Assembly (NCBI RefSeq): GCF_006345805.1
Contig: NC_042999.1
Coordinates: forward strand, 101,866,001 to 101,930,000
Length of the DNA: 64,000 bases
From: Octopus sinensis
Lineage: Eukaryota
Direction of reading: 5' to 3'
Part shown: piece after piece, positions 28,201 to 38,683 of the stretch
How positions within the stretch are numbered: the stretch's first letter is position 1
Layout: each line of letters opens with the position of its first letter
The notes under the pieces: generated by a model
Databases searched by the model: none
Told to the model about the DNA's origin: nothing
What the model saw: the letters and a program-made list of their open reading frames with translations, nothing else
Program-made: the position numbers and the translations under genes

Positions 28201-30872
28201 AAATGAATCCAATAAATTGAATTGATATTAGTGCATTGCTGAAACTTATTCTACTGACCCAAGGATGGAAAAATAAAGTCAGTCTTGGCAAGATTTAAAA
28301 TCATTCAAATTACTATAAATTCTATTGTCTACTGCTTATAGAAATGGCCCTTTCCTTTTTGTTTTATTTTTTTAATCTCATACTAAAAGAAAACCAAATC
28401 AACTAAAAACTAAATGAATACAAAAACATTATAGACAAACTAGGAAAAATTAATACCCCAACCTAAATAATATAATCAATAAATTTCTATAAAGTCTGAA
28501 TTTTGTAAATTCATAATAGAATAAGTGTTTTATTTTTTTCAATTTTACCTAAAAAATAATTTCACTAAAATTTTATTTACTTCTGATCACATTATTAAAA
28601 TTACTATTATTAATTATAGAATTATGCATGAATTACTAAAAAAGTTGTTTGTATTAGACATTTCAAACTTTCAAAGTATAAACTATTTTACAACCAATTA
28701 ACTTTTATTTTTCTAAAAAGGGGTGGGACTTACGTTAAGCTTTTTCTAAAATTGTAAAATAAAAATGACATCCAGAAGGAAGTTATTAAAATTAAAATGA
28801 ATAAAACCACTAATTCCAACAATTGCAATTTTTGGGAAAGAAACAAATGTTATTTAGAGAGTAACGAATTGATATGAAGCTACCCATCTGCTGGCATTGG
28901 CATTAACAAACGGGAATCATTAGTTTGGTAACCCATAAAAAGATAGTGCCACCTATCCAGTTCTGCTTTGTTTATTTTTTCCCCTCTTTCTCCAGTTAAG
29001 TTGCTTGTGCTCTATATTCTAGCTAAGAAAGTCTCACATGTCACCAATAGAAAACTTGATATGAGAATTACTGTGCTCATTGCATTTTGTGGGAAAATTT
29101 CAGGACCAAACATAAATTGGTTAGCACATAAAAACAATGGAAATAATCCAAAGAAATAAAGAATTGCTATTGTTAATCATTACCACATGTAGAAGGTTAA
29201 TGGTGTCTTTGAACAAATAATTTCTAAATGTGTTATGAAAATTCTTTCTGTGAGTCAGTCATTTAAAAAGACATTTTTTTTTTCTCTCGAAAAGTAGGAT
29301 TTAATTTAAAAGTTTAAATAGAAAGAAAATCTATTTATAAGGAGTTTTTTTGTTTTTTTTTTAAGTTGCTAGAATTAGGAAAAAAACATTCCACTAAGAA
29401 ATGTTTAGGCATTATGTGGGTGGAAAAGAGTACAAAACTGATTTTGTGGACAAAAATAAGTTTACTTTGGTTTTGGGGTGAGAAGGCGTACTAGTTACAA
29501 ACAGGAGATATATATTAACACCAAAAAGATAGCCGTGTATCTGAGTCATCAGCTGGCCCAGTGATGCCGGAAGAGGAGCACATGAGCTAGTGATAACTCT
29601 TAGACTTTTTTCTCTCTCACACATTTTTATATATATATACGCACACACACACACACACACATTTACGCCCACAGAAGTACAAGCATGTGTTAGTGAAGGC
29701 GAGAAATTTTAATAGAAATAGTTTATGAAAATATATGTAAAGAGAGAAATGAATTTTGTATGAATATAAAATTAACTTTGCATTTAATTCCTACAAAATT
29801 CAGAATGTACTTTACTCGGCAAGAAACTTGACATTTCCTAAAAACCACCCATATGACTTATGTGTATGCTTGCTTGTATATAAATTCACATACAAATCAA
29901 TAAAAGAATAAGCAATGAAATGACTAAATTCATTTAGTTTTCATATGCACAGCGATCTACGACAGTTCCTGGTTATCACATGACAAAGATAAAATATGTT
30001 TCAACGAGTAGAATTATTAATGATCAAGAAGGGAAATAAAATAACGAATTAACACGACTGTCGACAAAATGTAGTCAAAAAAGGGACCAAACTTTATAAC
30101 GTTCAATAAATTTGGTTGACAAAATATTTAAAAAAAAAAATTAATTCAAACTGGATATATAATTGAGGGTTAATTTATTCGTATCCGACCGGTTGAATTA
30201 TTCAGTCTTCATTTAACTCTTAAATTAACATAGAATAGTAGTGAAGTGAAAATTATAAATTCTATTCTTTCTACTCTCGTCACGGAGTTTATTATTAATA
30301 TCATCATCATTATTATTATTATTATTATGAAATGCTAAATATTTACGAATCAGTAATATTCTCAGATCTTTTTACAAACTTCAGTGAAATATTATTTTCG
30401 TAAACATAGATAGGAAGACAAATAGATATTACTTCAATCACCGAGAAAATTAAGATCAGTACACTTCAAAAATCAAAAAAGGAACTAGATATCGAGTTAT
30501 TCAAGGGGGAGTGTAATAAGAAATCGAGATCGGTGACAAGTCAGTCTCGAGAAATAGAGCTGAACTGAACTATGTTAAAATAGGGGGAAAGTAGTGCATA
30601 AGGGTGGAGTAGAGACAAAGTTGATAGTCTCTAAAACGAAGGCAAAAACAGTGGTATGTCACTGAATACATAAGGAAAGAGAGGAGCAGGTGTCGATTAG
30701 AGCTGGGCTTGTGTAACAAAATTTTAGCTATTATATAAACTAAGCTGTCACGAAATTTAAAAGTATTGATACACAACCAAAGCACATACACATCTAAATT
30801 AGATAATGCTTAAAACAATAGATATCATTTACCAGACACACCTACAAAAATTAAAATAAAAACGAGCCAACT

Positions 30873-31067
30873 AGGAGCTTCTACGTGGTCGTTCGACCTG
30901 CTAGAAATGACAGCCAAATCTCTCTTAAATCACACACCCCCCAGTCTTAAAGAGAGACACATTAGATAATGTGGTCGTAGATAAATAAGATCGTTTAGTC
31001 ACAACTGGGGCATCTTTGGTTATAGGACCGCTCAATCAAAGCTGACATGGGGGCAAAACAACAACAA
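30873..31067 (+). mobile_element. SINE-like repeat family C, CpG-preserved copy
   Basis: ggagcttctacgtggtcgttcgacctgctagaaatgacagccaaatctctc...ggggcaaaacaacaacaa; multicopy in this window. Confidence 0.65.
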
Positions 31068-31444
31068 ATAAAAAAACACTGAAAAAATTGATCATGAAGG
31101 GAACCACGCCCTCTCCGTTTTCTAACAAAATAAAATCGCGTCAAAGTATAGAAAACATACGAAAACAAAACTAAAGCGAATGTTGAATAAATTTATTTTC
31201 TTTCCCAAATCAAACATAATACTGAGGTGTTGGTTTGTAAACTATATACTATATACCACTAGACAGTTACGGTAGTTGTAAAGTCGTTCGCAAGTATGTT
31301 AAAATATTATAGATGAGGAACGATTTCCTAGTTAAAGACTTGGTCTTACTCCAAATATAAAGTACGAATGCTATATTGGTTTATAGAAGAATTGCTCCTA
31401 ATTTCTTAACAGAGGAAATGTGAAGTGGTAAATCAGCAACTTAC

Positions 31445-31488
31445 CCGGTGCCATTGTCAATGACAACGGCAGGCAATCGGCCAGACAT
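31445..31488 (-). CDS. ACTR3: Actin-related protein 3 (Arp2/3 complex), first coding exon, 44 nt
   Basis: Reverse complement reads ATG TCT GGC CGA TTG CCT GCC GTT GTC ATT GAC AAT GGC ACC GG|gtaagt = MSGRLPAVVIDNGTG. This matches the ARP3 N-terminus (human MAGRLPACVVDCGTG), with a consensus phase-2 donor at the position I recall for vertebrate ACTR3 exon 1. Confidence 0.93.
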
Positions 31489-31713
31489 CGCTCTCGTTTG
31501 TGTTAGAAATATCGACGCCTATCAGCTTACTCTCTTTACTGAATAGCTGTTGAGAGAGTAGATTCTGTACAAAGAGAACGTACACGCTTCAAGCAGACAC
31601 GTTAAGGTCTCAGACTTGCACGTCAAATCGAATGTCAGTGAACAGCTACAAAAGAACCGACTGTGCTGTATGTGTGTATGAGGAGGAAAAACGCTACCAG
31701 GTGTTATAGCAAG
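31489..31713. promoter_or_regulatory. Probable bidirectional promoter / 5' UTRs
   Basis: 225 bp between divergent ATGs; CpGs retained over ~29.5-32.3 kb versus depleted flanks (by eye); CRE-like half site cacgtca; YY1-type AAGATGGCGGC at 31711-31721. Confidence 0.65.
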
Positions 31714-31764
31714 ATGGCGGCTACTGATGGGACAGCCTCAGTCTGGTGGCATAAACGAACATAA
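31714..31764 (+). other. 16-codon uORF (MAATDGTASVWWHKRT*) in strong context
   Basis: aagATGG context; stops at TAA 31762-31764; overlaps the ATG at 31727 out of frame. Confidence 0.5.
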
Positions 31765-31786
31765 TCAGCCGCTTGTTCGTATTCCG
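31727..31786 (+). CDS. Candidate first coding exon of an unidentified gene (MGQPQSGGINEHNQPLVRIP)
   Basis: ATG followed by 20 codons and a phase-0 donor CCG|gtagga, then a (GA)n tract typical of intron starts; MGxxxS N-myristoylation-like start. No downstream exon confidently found. Confidence 0.45.
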
Positions 31787-31814
31787 GTAGGATTGCTCTC
31801 CCCTCCTTACGACT

Positions 31815-31834
31815 AGAGAGGAAGATAAATGTGC

Positions 31835-31891
<57 letters not shown>

Positions 31892-32691
31892 ACAGATATA
31901 AAAAGAAATAAACAGAGACGGGAATTTTATTTTTCAAAGAGTGAAGGCAATAAGTTGGAGAGAGAGACAAAAACAAATAGAAAAGAAAAAAGTAATGAGA
32001 AGGAATAAGAGGGAATGTATGTGAAAGATTACTTATCAGAGTGGATAGGAAAAAAGTAGAAATTATGAAAAAGTTAACAGGAGTTAGAGAGAGTAAGAGA
32101 AAAAGATAAGCGACAGATTGATGAGACAAAGAGAGAGAAATGAGAAGTTAAGTGATAGACAAAGTTAAGCAGAGTAGTGGGAGAAAGAGTGAGAGTGGGG
32201 GACTGAGATAGGAAAGATGAATAGTAAAAAAGGGTGTGTTATATGAGAGAAAATGTGAGAAATGAACAGAAAAACCAGATAAGTTGTGAGACGGGGAGGG
32301 GAGAGAAAAGGCGAAGATAAATGAGACAGAGAGGGAGAGAAAGAGAATAAATAATTCAGAAGTGAGAAAAGGAGACAAGGGAATAACTTAGAAGATATGA
32401 AAAATAAGAACTAATGAAAGGCGAAGTGAAGGAAATAGTCAAGAGAAAGAAACCAAAAGTTGTTTAGAAAGTTTAATAAAAAGTGGAAATAACAAAAGAA
32501 AGATTTTGGGAAGAGTTGGAAAGAGAAAGAATTGACAGAAAGTAAAGGTGAAGGTGGAATAAGAAACAAAGTGTGGGAGAAAGAGAGAGGTGACATAGAA
32601 ATAAGAATGAAAAGCACAGAGACTAAGAAAAAATTATAGAAGACGTGACAAAAAAGGAAGAAATAAAAACAGAGAGGAGTATAAAAGAGGG

Positions 32692-32767
<76 letters not shown>

Positions 32768-32830
32768 CAGATAGACAGACAGGCAGACAAAGGCAAAGTT
32801 AGACTAGATGAGAGAGAGTGTGTGTAAGAT
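31815..32830 (+). repeat. ~1-kb purine-rich tract with (GA)n and (GATA)n
   Basis: (GA)n at 31841-31886, A/G-rich low-complexity sequence, (GATA)n at ~32692-32775. Confidence 0.9.
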
Positions 32831-34399
32831 GAAGTATGTTTCCAGAACTCTTCAAATCTTATCACCTCACAAGTCAATTTTCACATTTTTATCTTGGTCT
32901 GTTGATTTTGATAGTAATGTAATAATCTTGAATAAATAGCCTTATTGTTTCGAACATAGAAATGATAAAAATAAATAGATTAAAAAATAAGGTGAAATAA
33001 AGAATAGAAGAAATGAGTAAGTATAATTAAACTAGAACATATTCAGAGCTGTTTAGGTTTCCCTCTTGCAAGTTATCTTGCTTCAAATGATCAATGTGAT
33101 ATGGTGTCTAACACAAAGGATTACTGTACTCATCTATTTTGTAACCAATGAAATACAGAAACTATCTTTAATCCAATAGTGATTGTTGTTGTTGCTATAG
33201 AGGGGAAGGTTGTCATTTAGCTACAAGTTAGCCCTGCTCAAGGTATTTTAAGTATTCTAAACATGACCATGTGTCTTTTATTCAATAAGACTGTGTCTTC
33301 ATCTACAGTATCCAATGTGTCTCTCGTTTACTGAAGACAGTAGGATGCAATATGAGAGAGATTTAGTCGCTATTTCTTACAAAGCGTCTTTCATTGCCTT
33401 GTCAAAATTAAATACTGATTGAGAAGCAGGCTGCATGAGACATGGCTCAACACCCAGCAAGCCACAAGTCTTTGGTCAACCTAAGGCTGTAGTAGAAGAT
33501 ACTTGCTCAAAGTACCACACAGTAGGACTGAACTGGGAACCAAATCATTGAGAAGCAAGATTTTTAACCATAGTGTCATGCATGCTGTATGGTGTCTATC
33601 AATTGACAGAAATTTTTGGACAATATAACCAAAGTTGACTGGAGTGGATTTGATTTTTAAAGCTGACTGATCTTATTGGACCTCATCAGTTTGCAGTATA
33701 TTCTATTCAGTAACACTAAGTAAAAAGAAATAGAAAGAATGTAATAACACTGATTATAAACATCAATAATATAGCTAAGAGGAAATATTTCAGGTGAGCT
33801 TTCTTTATACAAGTGAAAGGCCTGCAAAAGTCACAGCCATTTTCCTTCTTAACTAAAGAAATAAGAGGATTGCTTGACCTCTCAGAAAAAGCAGCTGAAT
33901 CTCTCTCAGATTACACCAAAATTGTTAATGAATTATAGGTACACAATGACCAAAGAAATGACGGAATGGTCCAGACTGGAATGTCTTTGACAATAGGTTT
34001 GCTCAGTCATGGGTGGCCAAGGACTAAACAGTAACAACTACCATAAAAAACACTTTCCAATGGACATACAGTACAACCAGGCTCCCAAAGAGTACTGCCA
34101 CCCTCTAGGTGCTAATACTGGTATCAGTTTAAAAGGGGATTATAAAGGAAGGCATTTTCCAGGGCTCATGGGACTTATTATTCTTTTGAAATTACCATCA
34201 GCTTTGGTTTTCATCCTTCTGCATATTGGTAAAATAAGTACTAGTCATGTACCAGAGTCATTTCTTTCAACTATACCTCTCTCCTGCAAATATGTGGCTT
34301 TGTGTCAGTCAGCACTAAAGTTTTTTGGGTTTTTTTATCATGTTATGCACTGCACATTTTTACATATTACATATAGGTCAGGAATAAAGATGGAATGTA

Positions 34400-34700
34400 G
34401 TGTTAAAAGGACAGTAGTCTGAAAGATGTGAAGAAATTCAATCAGTTAAAGGCTCCAATTTTCCAGAGCTTGGGCTATATGGACAGTGCAGAAGTAAGGA
34501 CGTCTATCTTGGACACTGTGAAACGGTCATGATCACATGAGTTACCCTATGAAGACATACATTGATCAAGTAGTGGTTGACTATGGACGTCAACAAGAGA
34601 CACTATCACATACTATGGAAGACATTGATAGGTAAAGGATCAGGTTCATGCATCTGAGCAAACTCTACATCATGGTGGTGGTGGTGGTGGTATTGGTGGT
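34400..34700 (+). mobile_element. Old RTE/RTEX-type LINE 3' end with (GGT)n tail
   Basis: KTYIDQVVVDYG...TMEDIDR* resembles the RP.KTYIDQL..D...AM.DR..W C-terminus of RTE-type ORF2. Confidence 0.45.
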
Positions 34701-35192
34701 GTTGCTGCTGCTGCTACCTCCACCACCGCTGCTGCTGCTGCTGCCGAGTGAATCAATCTTAGCAGTATAATCAAAATCTTCTCTATTACATACTGACATA
34801 TTAAGATGAGTGTCCTCATAACAACTATTATAGTCCCAACAATTTTGCTTTTGTGCTCTTTGGTCTTCATCAGGCACCTCTCATATTTGGTAATGTTCTT
34901 GAAATTTTGAACCCAACCCTCTATTAAACCTATGAGACTAGATTGCTTTCATTCTATTTTCCATATTAAAGATATTCTCTCATTAATTTTTCTCATAGAT
35001 GTGATATTACTTACTAATTCTGCTTGAACTAGAGTATATATTGCTCACTGACCTAGGAAATGAGAACAATATACTCCAGTTGATTTAAAATTCCAAGAAT
35101 ATTATGAAATATAACATGAACCTGAAAAAGGCCCATGAATATAAGTCATGATAATATCACTATAACAACGGAAACAAGGATACTAGTTCAAA

Positions 35193-36455
35193 TCTCTCTA
35201 TATATAAACGGCAGTTTGTCTGTCTGTGTGTCTGTCAGGTTGTACCCTCACCCTGACCACGGCTTTCAACCGATTCTGATGAAACTTGACACACACATAG
35301 CCCAATGTCATAATTCAAAACCAACACAGCGAAAATTTTAAAAAGTTCCCCCAGTTCTGAAAAAAATTGATAAATTCAACATGGGGTCCAGAATCTAAGC
35401 TTTTTATATGCAACACATTTTCTGTTGTAGTTTTTGCAAATTGCAATCGATTTTCACCAATCTCATGGTGAAGCTTAATGTTACCCTAAGAAACTTAATT
35501 CTGACGTTAGTTTTCCATGCAATACCTTACCATCAGAAAAAATCGATAAAATCATGCCATTTTGGGAAATCGCGTTCAAATTCAAGATGACATATTTTCG
35601 ACAATATCTTTCACAAATTGGCAGGAATTTTTTTTTAAATTCACAGCGAGCATCATGTCTGCTCCAAGGAGCTATATGGCCCTTTTTATTCCAATAGAAT
35701 ACTTTATTACTGGAAAAAATCGGTAATTAAATCATATGTGGCACACATAGCAAACCGATTTCTGTATTAAACACAAACCACAGACTGTCTAGGGGACGCA
35801 ACTCGACCTTTTTAACTCTCTTAGATAGGACAGCAGACCCCGCCGAGCTTGCCAATTATCCTGTTGAATTCCTGAATTCACTTGAACCGCCAGGCCTGCC
35901 GCTACACATCCTCAAGTCCAAAGTCGGTGCGCCCATTATGCTCATCAAGAATTTGGTTCCACCTAAACAGTGCAACGGCACACGTCTGGTTGTGAAACAT
36001 TTGGCACCACATTTAATAACGGCCACAATACTTACCGGTTGTGGGAAGGGAGAGGACGTCTTCATTCCACGCATGCACCTTCAACCGTCGGGCGCTGACC
36101 TACCAATCCACTTCAGGCGTTCTCAGTTTCCTGTTAAACTCTGCTTCGCAATGTCCATCAGTAAATCCCAAGGCCAAACGCTACAAGTCGCTGGGTTACT
36201 GTTGGGTGAACAGTGCTTCACCCACAGTCAACTCTACGTGGGCTGTTCACGCGTTGGGAGGCGCAATGATGTTTTCATGTTTTCGCCCAAAGGGACAGCT
36301 AGGTACATCGTATACACAGAAGTATTCGAGTGAAGAGAAGACATTGCAACCTACACATGCGCCTTCATTCCTTAGAGGGAAAGGACTAGATTGGGATTAG
36401 TTGTTGCCTACTAGGGGCTCTTACATACCCGGGCAACGCCGGGCTATGCTGCTAG
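35193..36455 (+). mobile_element. Non-autonomous Helitron, both termini intact, 1263 bp
   Basis: Inserted between A and T; 5' TCTCTCTATATATAAA; 3' hairpin CCCGG-GCAACG-CCGGG (36428-36443) followed by CTAG; carries the PIF1 helicase C-terminus. Confidence 0.92.
35821..36333 (+). pseudogene. Helitron RepHel PIF1-helicase C-terminal fragment
   Basis: Open frame NYPVEFLNSLEPPGLPLHILK.KVGAPIMLIKNL...CNGTRL...RSQFPVKLCFAMSISKSQGQTL...FTHSQLYVGCSRV...YTEV. Confidence 0.9.
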
Positions 36456-36492
36456 TATGCCATTATAATAATGTTTATATTTCAAGTAAGAA

Positions 36493-37340
36493 ATACTCGT
36501 GAGAGTGTAAGTACCTTGAGAGAAAAGTTGGCCCTAAGAAGCATCAGATACGCTGGTATGGTCATGTTGCGAGAATGGGTGAGGATAGCTGTGTGAAAAA
36601 GTGCCACACACTAATGGTTGAGGGAACCTGTGGAAGAGGTAAACCCAGGAAGACCTGGGATGAAGTGGTGAAGCATGACCTTCAAACATTAGGCCTCACC
36701 GAGGCAATGACTAGTGACCAAGATTTTTGGAAATATGCTGTGCTTGAAAAGACCCGGCAAGCCAAGTGAGACCATAACCTCGTGGCCTATGCCAGGGGTG
36801 TAACCAGCCCACTTATGCGTACCTTTCCTTCATTGGACACTAAACTCTGCTTGCAAAGACCTGTTGAAGCAAGTGAAATCAAAATTGAAATCAAATTTGA
36901 TGACTGGCATCTGTGCTAGTGGAGCGCTAAGAGCACCATCCAAGCGTGATCATTGCCAGAGCAGTTACCTGGCTTCCATGCCAGTGGCACGTAAGAGGCA
37001 CCATTCGAGTGTGATCATTACCAGCGTCGCCTTACTGGCATGTGAAAAACATTGGAGCGAAGTCGTTGCCAGTGCCACTGGACTGGCTCCTGTGCAGGTG
37101 GCACGTAAAGAACACCATTTGAGCATGGCCATTGCCAGTACTGCCTGACTGGTCCTCATGCCAGTGGCACGTAAAAGCAGCCACTACACTCCCGGAGTGG
37201 TTGGCGTTAGGAAGGGCATCCAGCTGTAGAAACTCTGCCAGATCAAGATTGGTGCCTGGTGCAGCCATCTGGCTCACCAATCCTCAGTCAAATCGTCCAA
37301 CCCATGCTAGCATGGAAAGCAGACGTTAAACAATGATGAT
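36493..37340 (+). mobile_element. RTE LINE 3' end with full modular 3' UTR
   Basis: ORF 36575-36769 (DSCVKKC...GRGKPRKTW...) plus UTR and tail aacaatgatgat. Confidence 0.92.
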
Positions 37341-37345
37341 ATATA

Positions 37346-37562
37346 TATTATTCAAAATGTACAGTATTATATATCCATTACGGTTGACCTTACAAATCAT
37401 TTTCGTGCTAAGAATGCAATGGAGTGTTAGGTAACAATCCAACTATGTAACCTTACACTCATCAGAGTCAGCCAATATGGAAGGGAATATGGGGTCTAGC
37501 ATGAAACGGATTGGTAAGATCAGCTGTGATGGATATATAATACTGTACATTTCGGATAATAT
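37346..37562. mobile_element. MITE with ~65-bp TIRs in TA context
   Basis: attattcaaaatgtacagtattatatatccattacggttgaccttacaaatc matches the reverse complement of 37497-37560 (attatccgaaatgtacagtattatatatccatcacagctgatcttaccaatc). Confidence 0.7.
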
Positions 37563-38424
37563 ACCCACTCTATTTATAGATATACAAGTGCATCTTTTCC
37601 CTGACATATGGACTCTTAGACGAATCATATGTGTAAGTGTATACATATATATATATACATATATCACATTTCTATTTGATATAGGTATTGGCTTGTTGTC
37701 CTGTGCTAGCTCTTCCTCAAGTAGGCTCCTACAAAACAAATTCACTAACAAGTTCATCTTTAGCTCTCCCTCAACGCCCAGCAAATCTGATTCTATCCTC
37801 TTTGATGATATGATATCAAGCAGGTGGTGGTGGTGGTGGTGGTGGTGGTATGTATATGGTCTCTTCTGTTAATTTCAATTTTTAAGTACTCAGTTGTTCA
37901 ATCAACTGAATAATCTACTTATTGACTTAGGATGTGAAGTGACTGAGTATTCCTTAGACCCATGATGTGACAAAACTGGAGGTTTGAATTACAGATACAG
38001 TCCACCCTGTGGACATACAGTTCCTGTCTACTCACTTTCTCACCCCTTCTACCATCCTCTCATCCAAATCACTCTGTTTCTACCACCACACTTTTACTCT
38101 TCTCTCCCATCCATTCTGGTCCTTCTATCATTGCAGTCTCTTCCATTCATCTCGTCAGCCCCAAAGCACTGAGCAAACACATTATAAAGTGGTGAAGGCT
38201 CTGTAGTCTTACAGGGTACATGGAAATCTCGCATGTATTGGTGGCACTATAAATTCATGCAGGAGACTGTAAAATGGTTGGTGAACAAACAAAGACATGG
38301 GGTTGAGAAGACCCTTTACTACTGAAGAGGATATGGCAACTTCACTATAAATGGTACCATGATAAAATGCATCCAGTACACACTATAAAGTGCAGGATCA
38401 AGAGGATCCTTTAGTTTTCTAAAG

Positions 38425-38682
38425 CAGGGGCCCTCAACCACTGGTCCACAGACCAGTACTGAGCTGTAGATCATTTGGTACTGGGCCACACAGAAAGAAT
38501 AAAGTTTTTAATTTCATTTCTATTTTATTGACTATTGCAGTCTGTAGGGTGTTTTGGCATTATATATGTATTGTATATGCAATATGTATGTATTATATAT
38601 GTCATAATTAAATTACATATTATGCACTTTATTGTGTTTTGTTATGCATGTAATCCCCTGGTCCATGAAAATATTGTCTTGC
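38425..38682. mobile_element. hAT/Charlie-like MITE, right end missing
   Basis: Starts caggggccctcaacc...ccacagaccagtactgagctgtagatcatttggtactgggccacacag. Confidence 0.5.
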
Positions 38683-38683
38683 A

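Noticed and set aside
30833-30841. Possible 9-nt minus-strand microexon (ttttattttaatttttgtag|GTGTGTCTG|gtaaat) in ARP3 intron 1
   Set aside because: It would insert three residues into the conserved DNGTG-YTK phosphate-binding loop, or create a stop depending on the first base of exon 2. The donor is mediocre, and such sites arise by chance in AT-rich introns.
31727-31750. MGQPQSGG resembles the PSMC1/Rpt2 N-terminus (MGQSQSGG)
   Set aside because: The similarity stops after 8 residues; the following GGKKDDKDKKKKYEPP region is absent and no PSMC1 exons were seen downstream.
31704-32877. Minus-strand Leu/Ser/Phe-rich ORFs
   Set aside because: Translation of the complement of the polypurine and (GATA)n tracts.
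37443-37872. Overlapping 113-aa and 131-aa ORFs
   Set aside because: They run through a MITE, a (TA)n tract and a (GGT)n tract, and have no recognisable domain.
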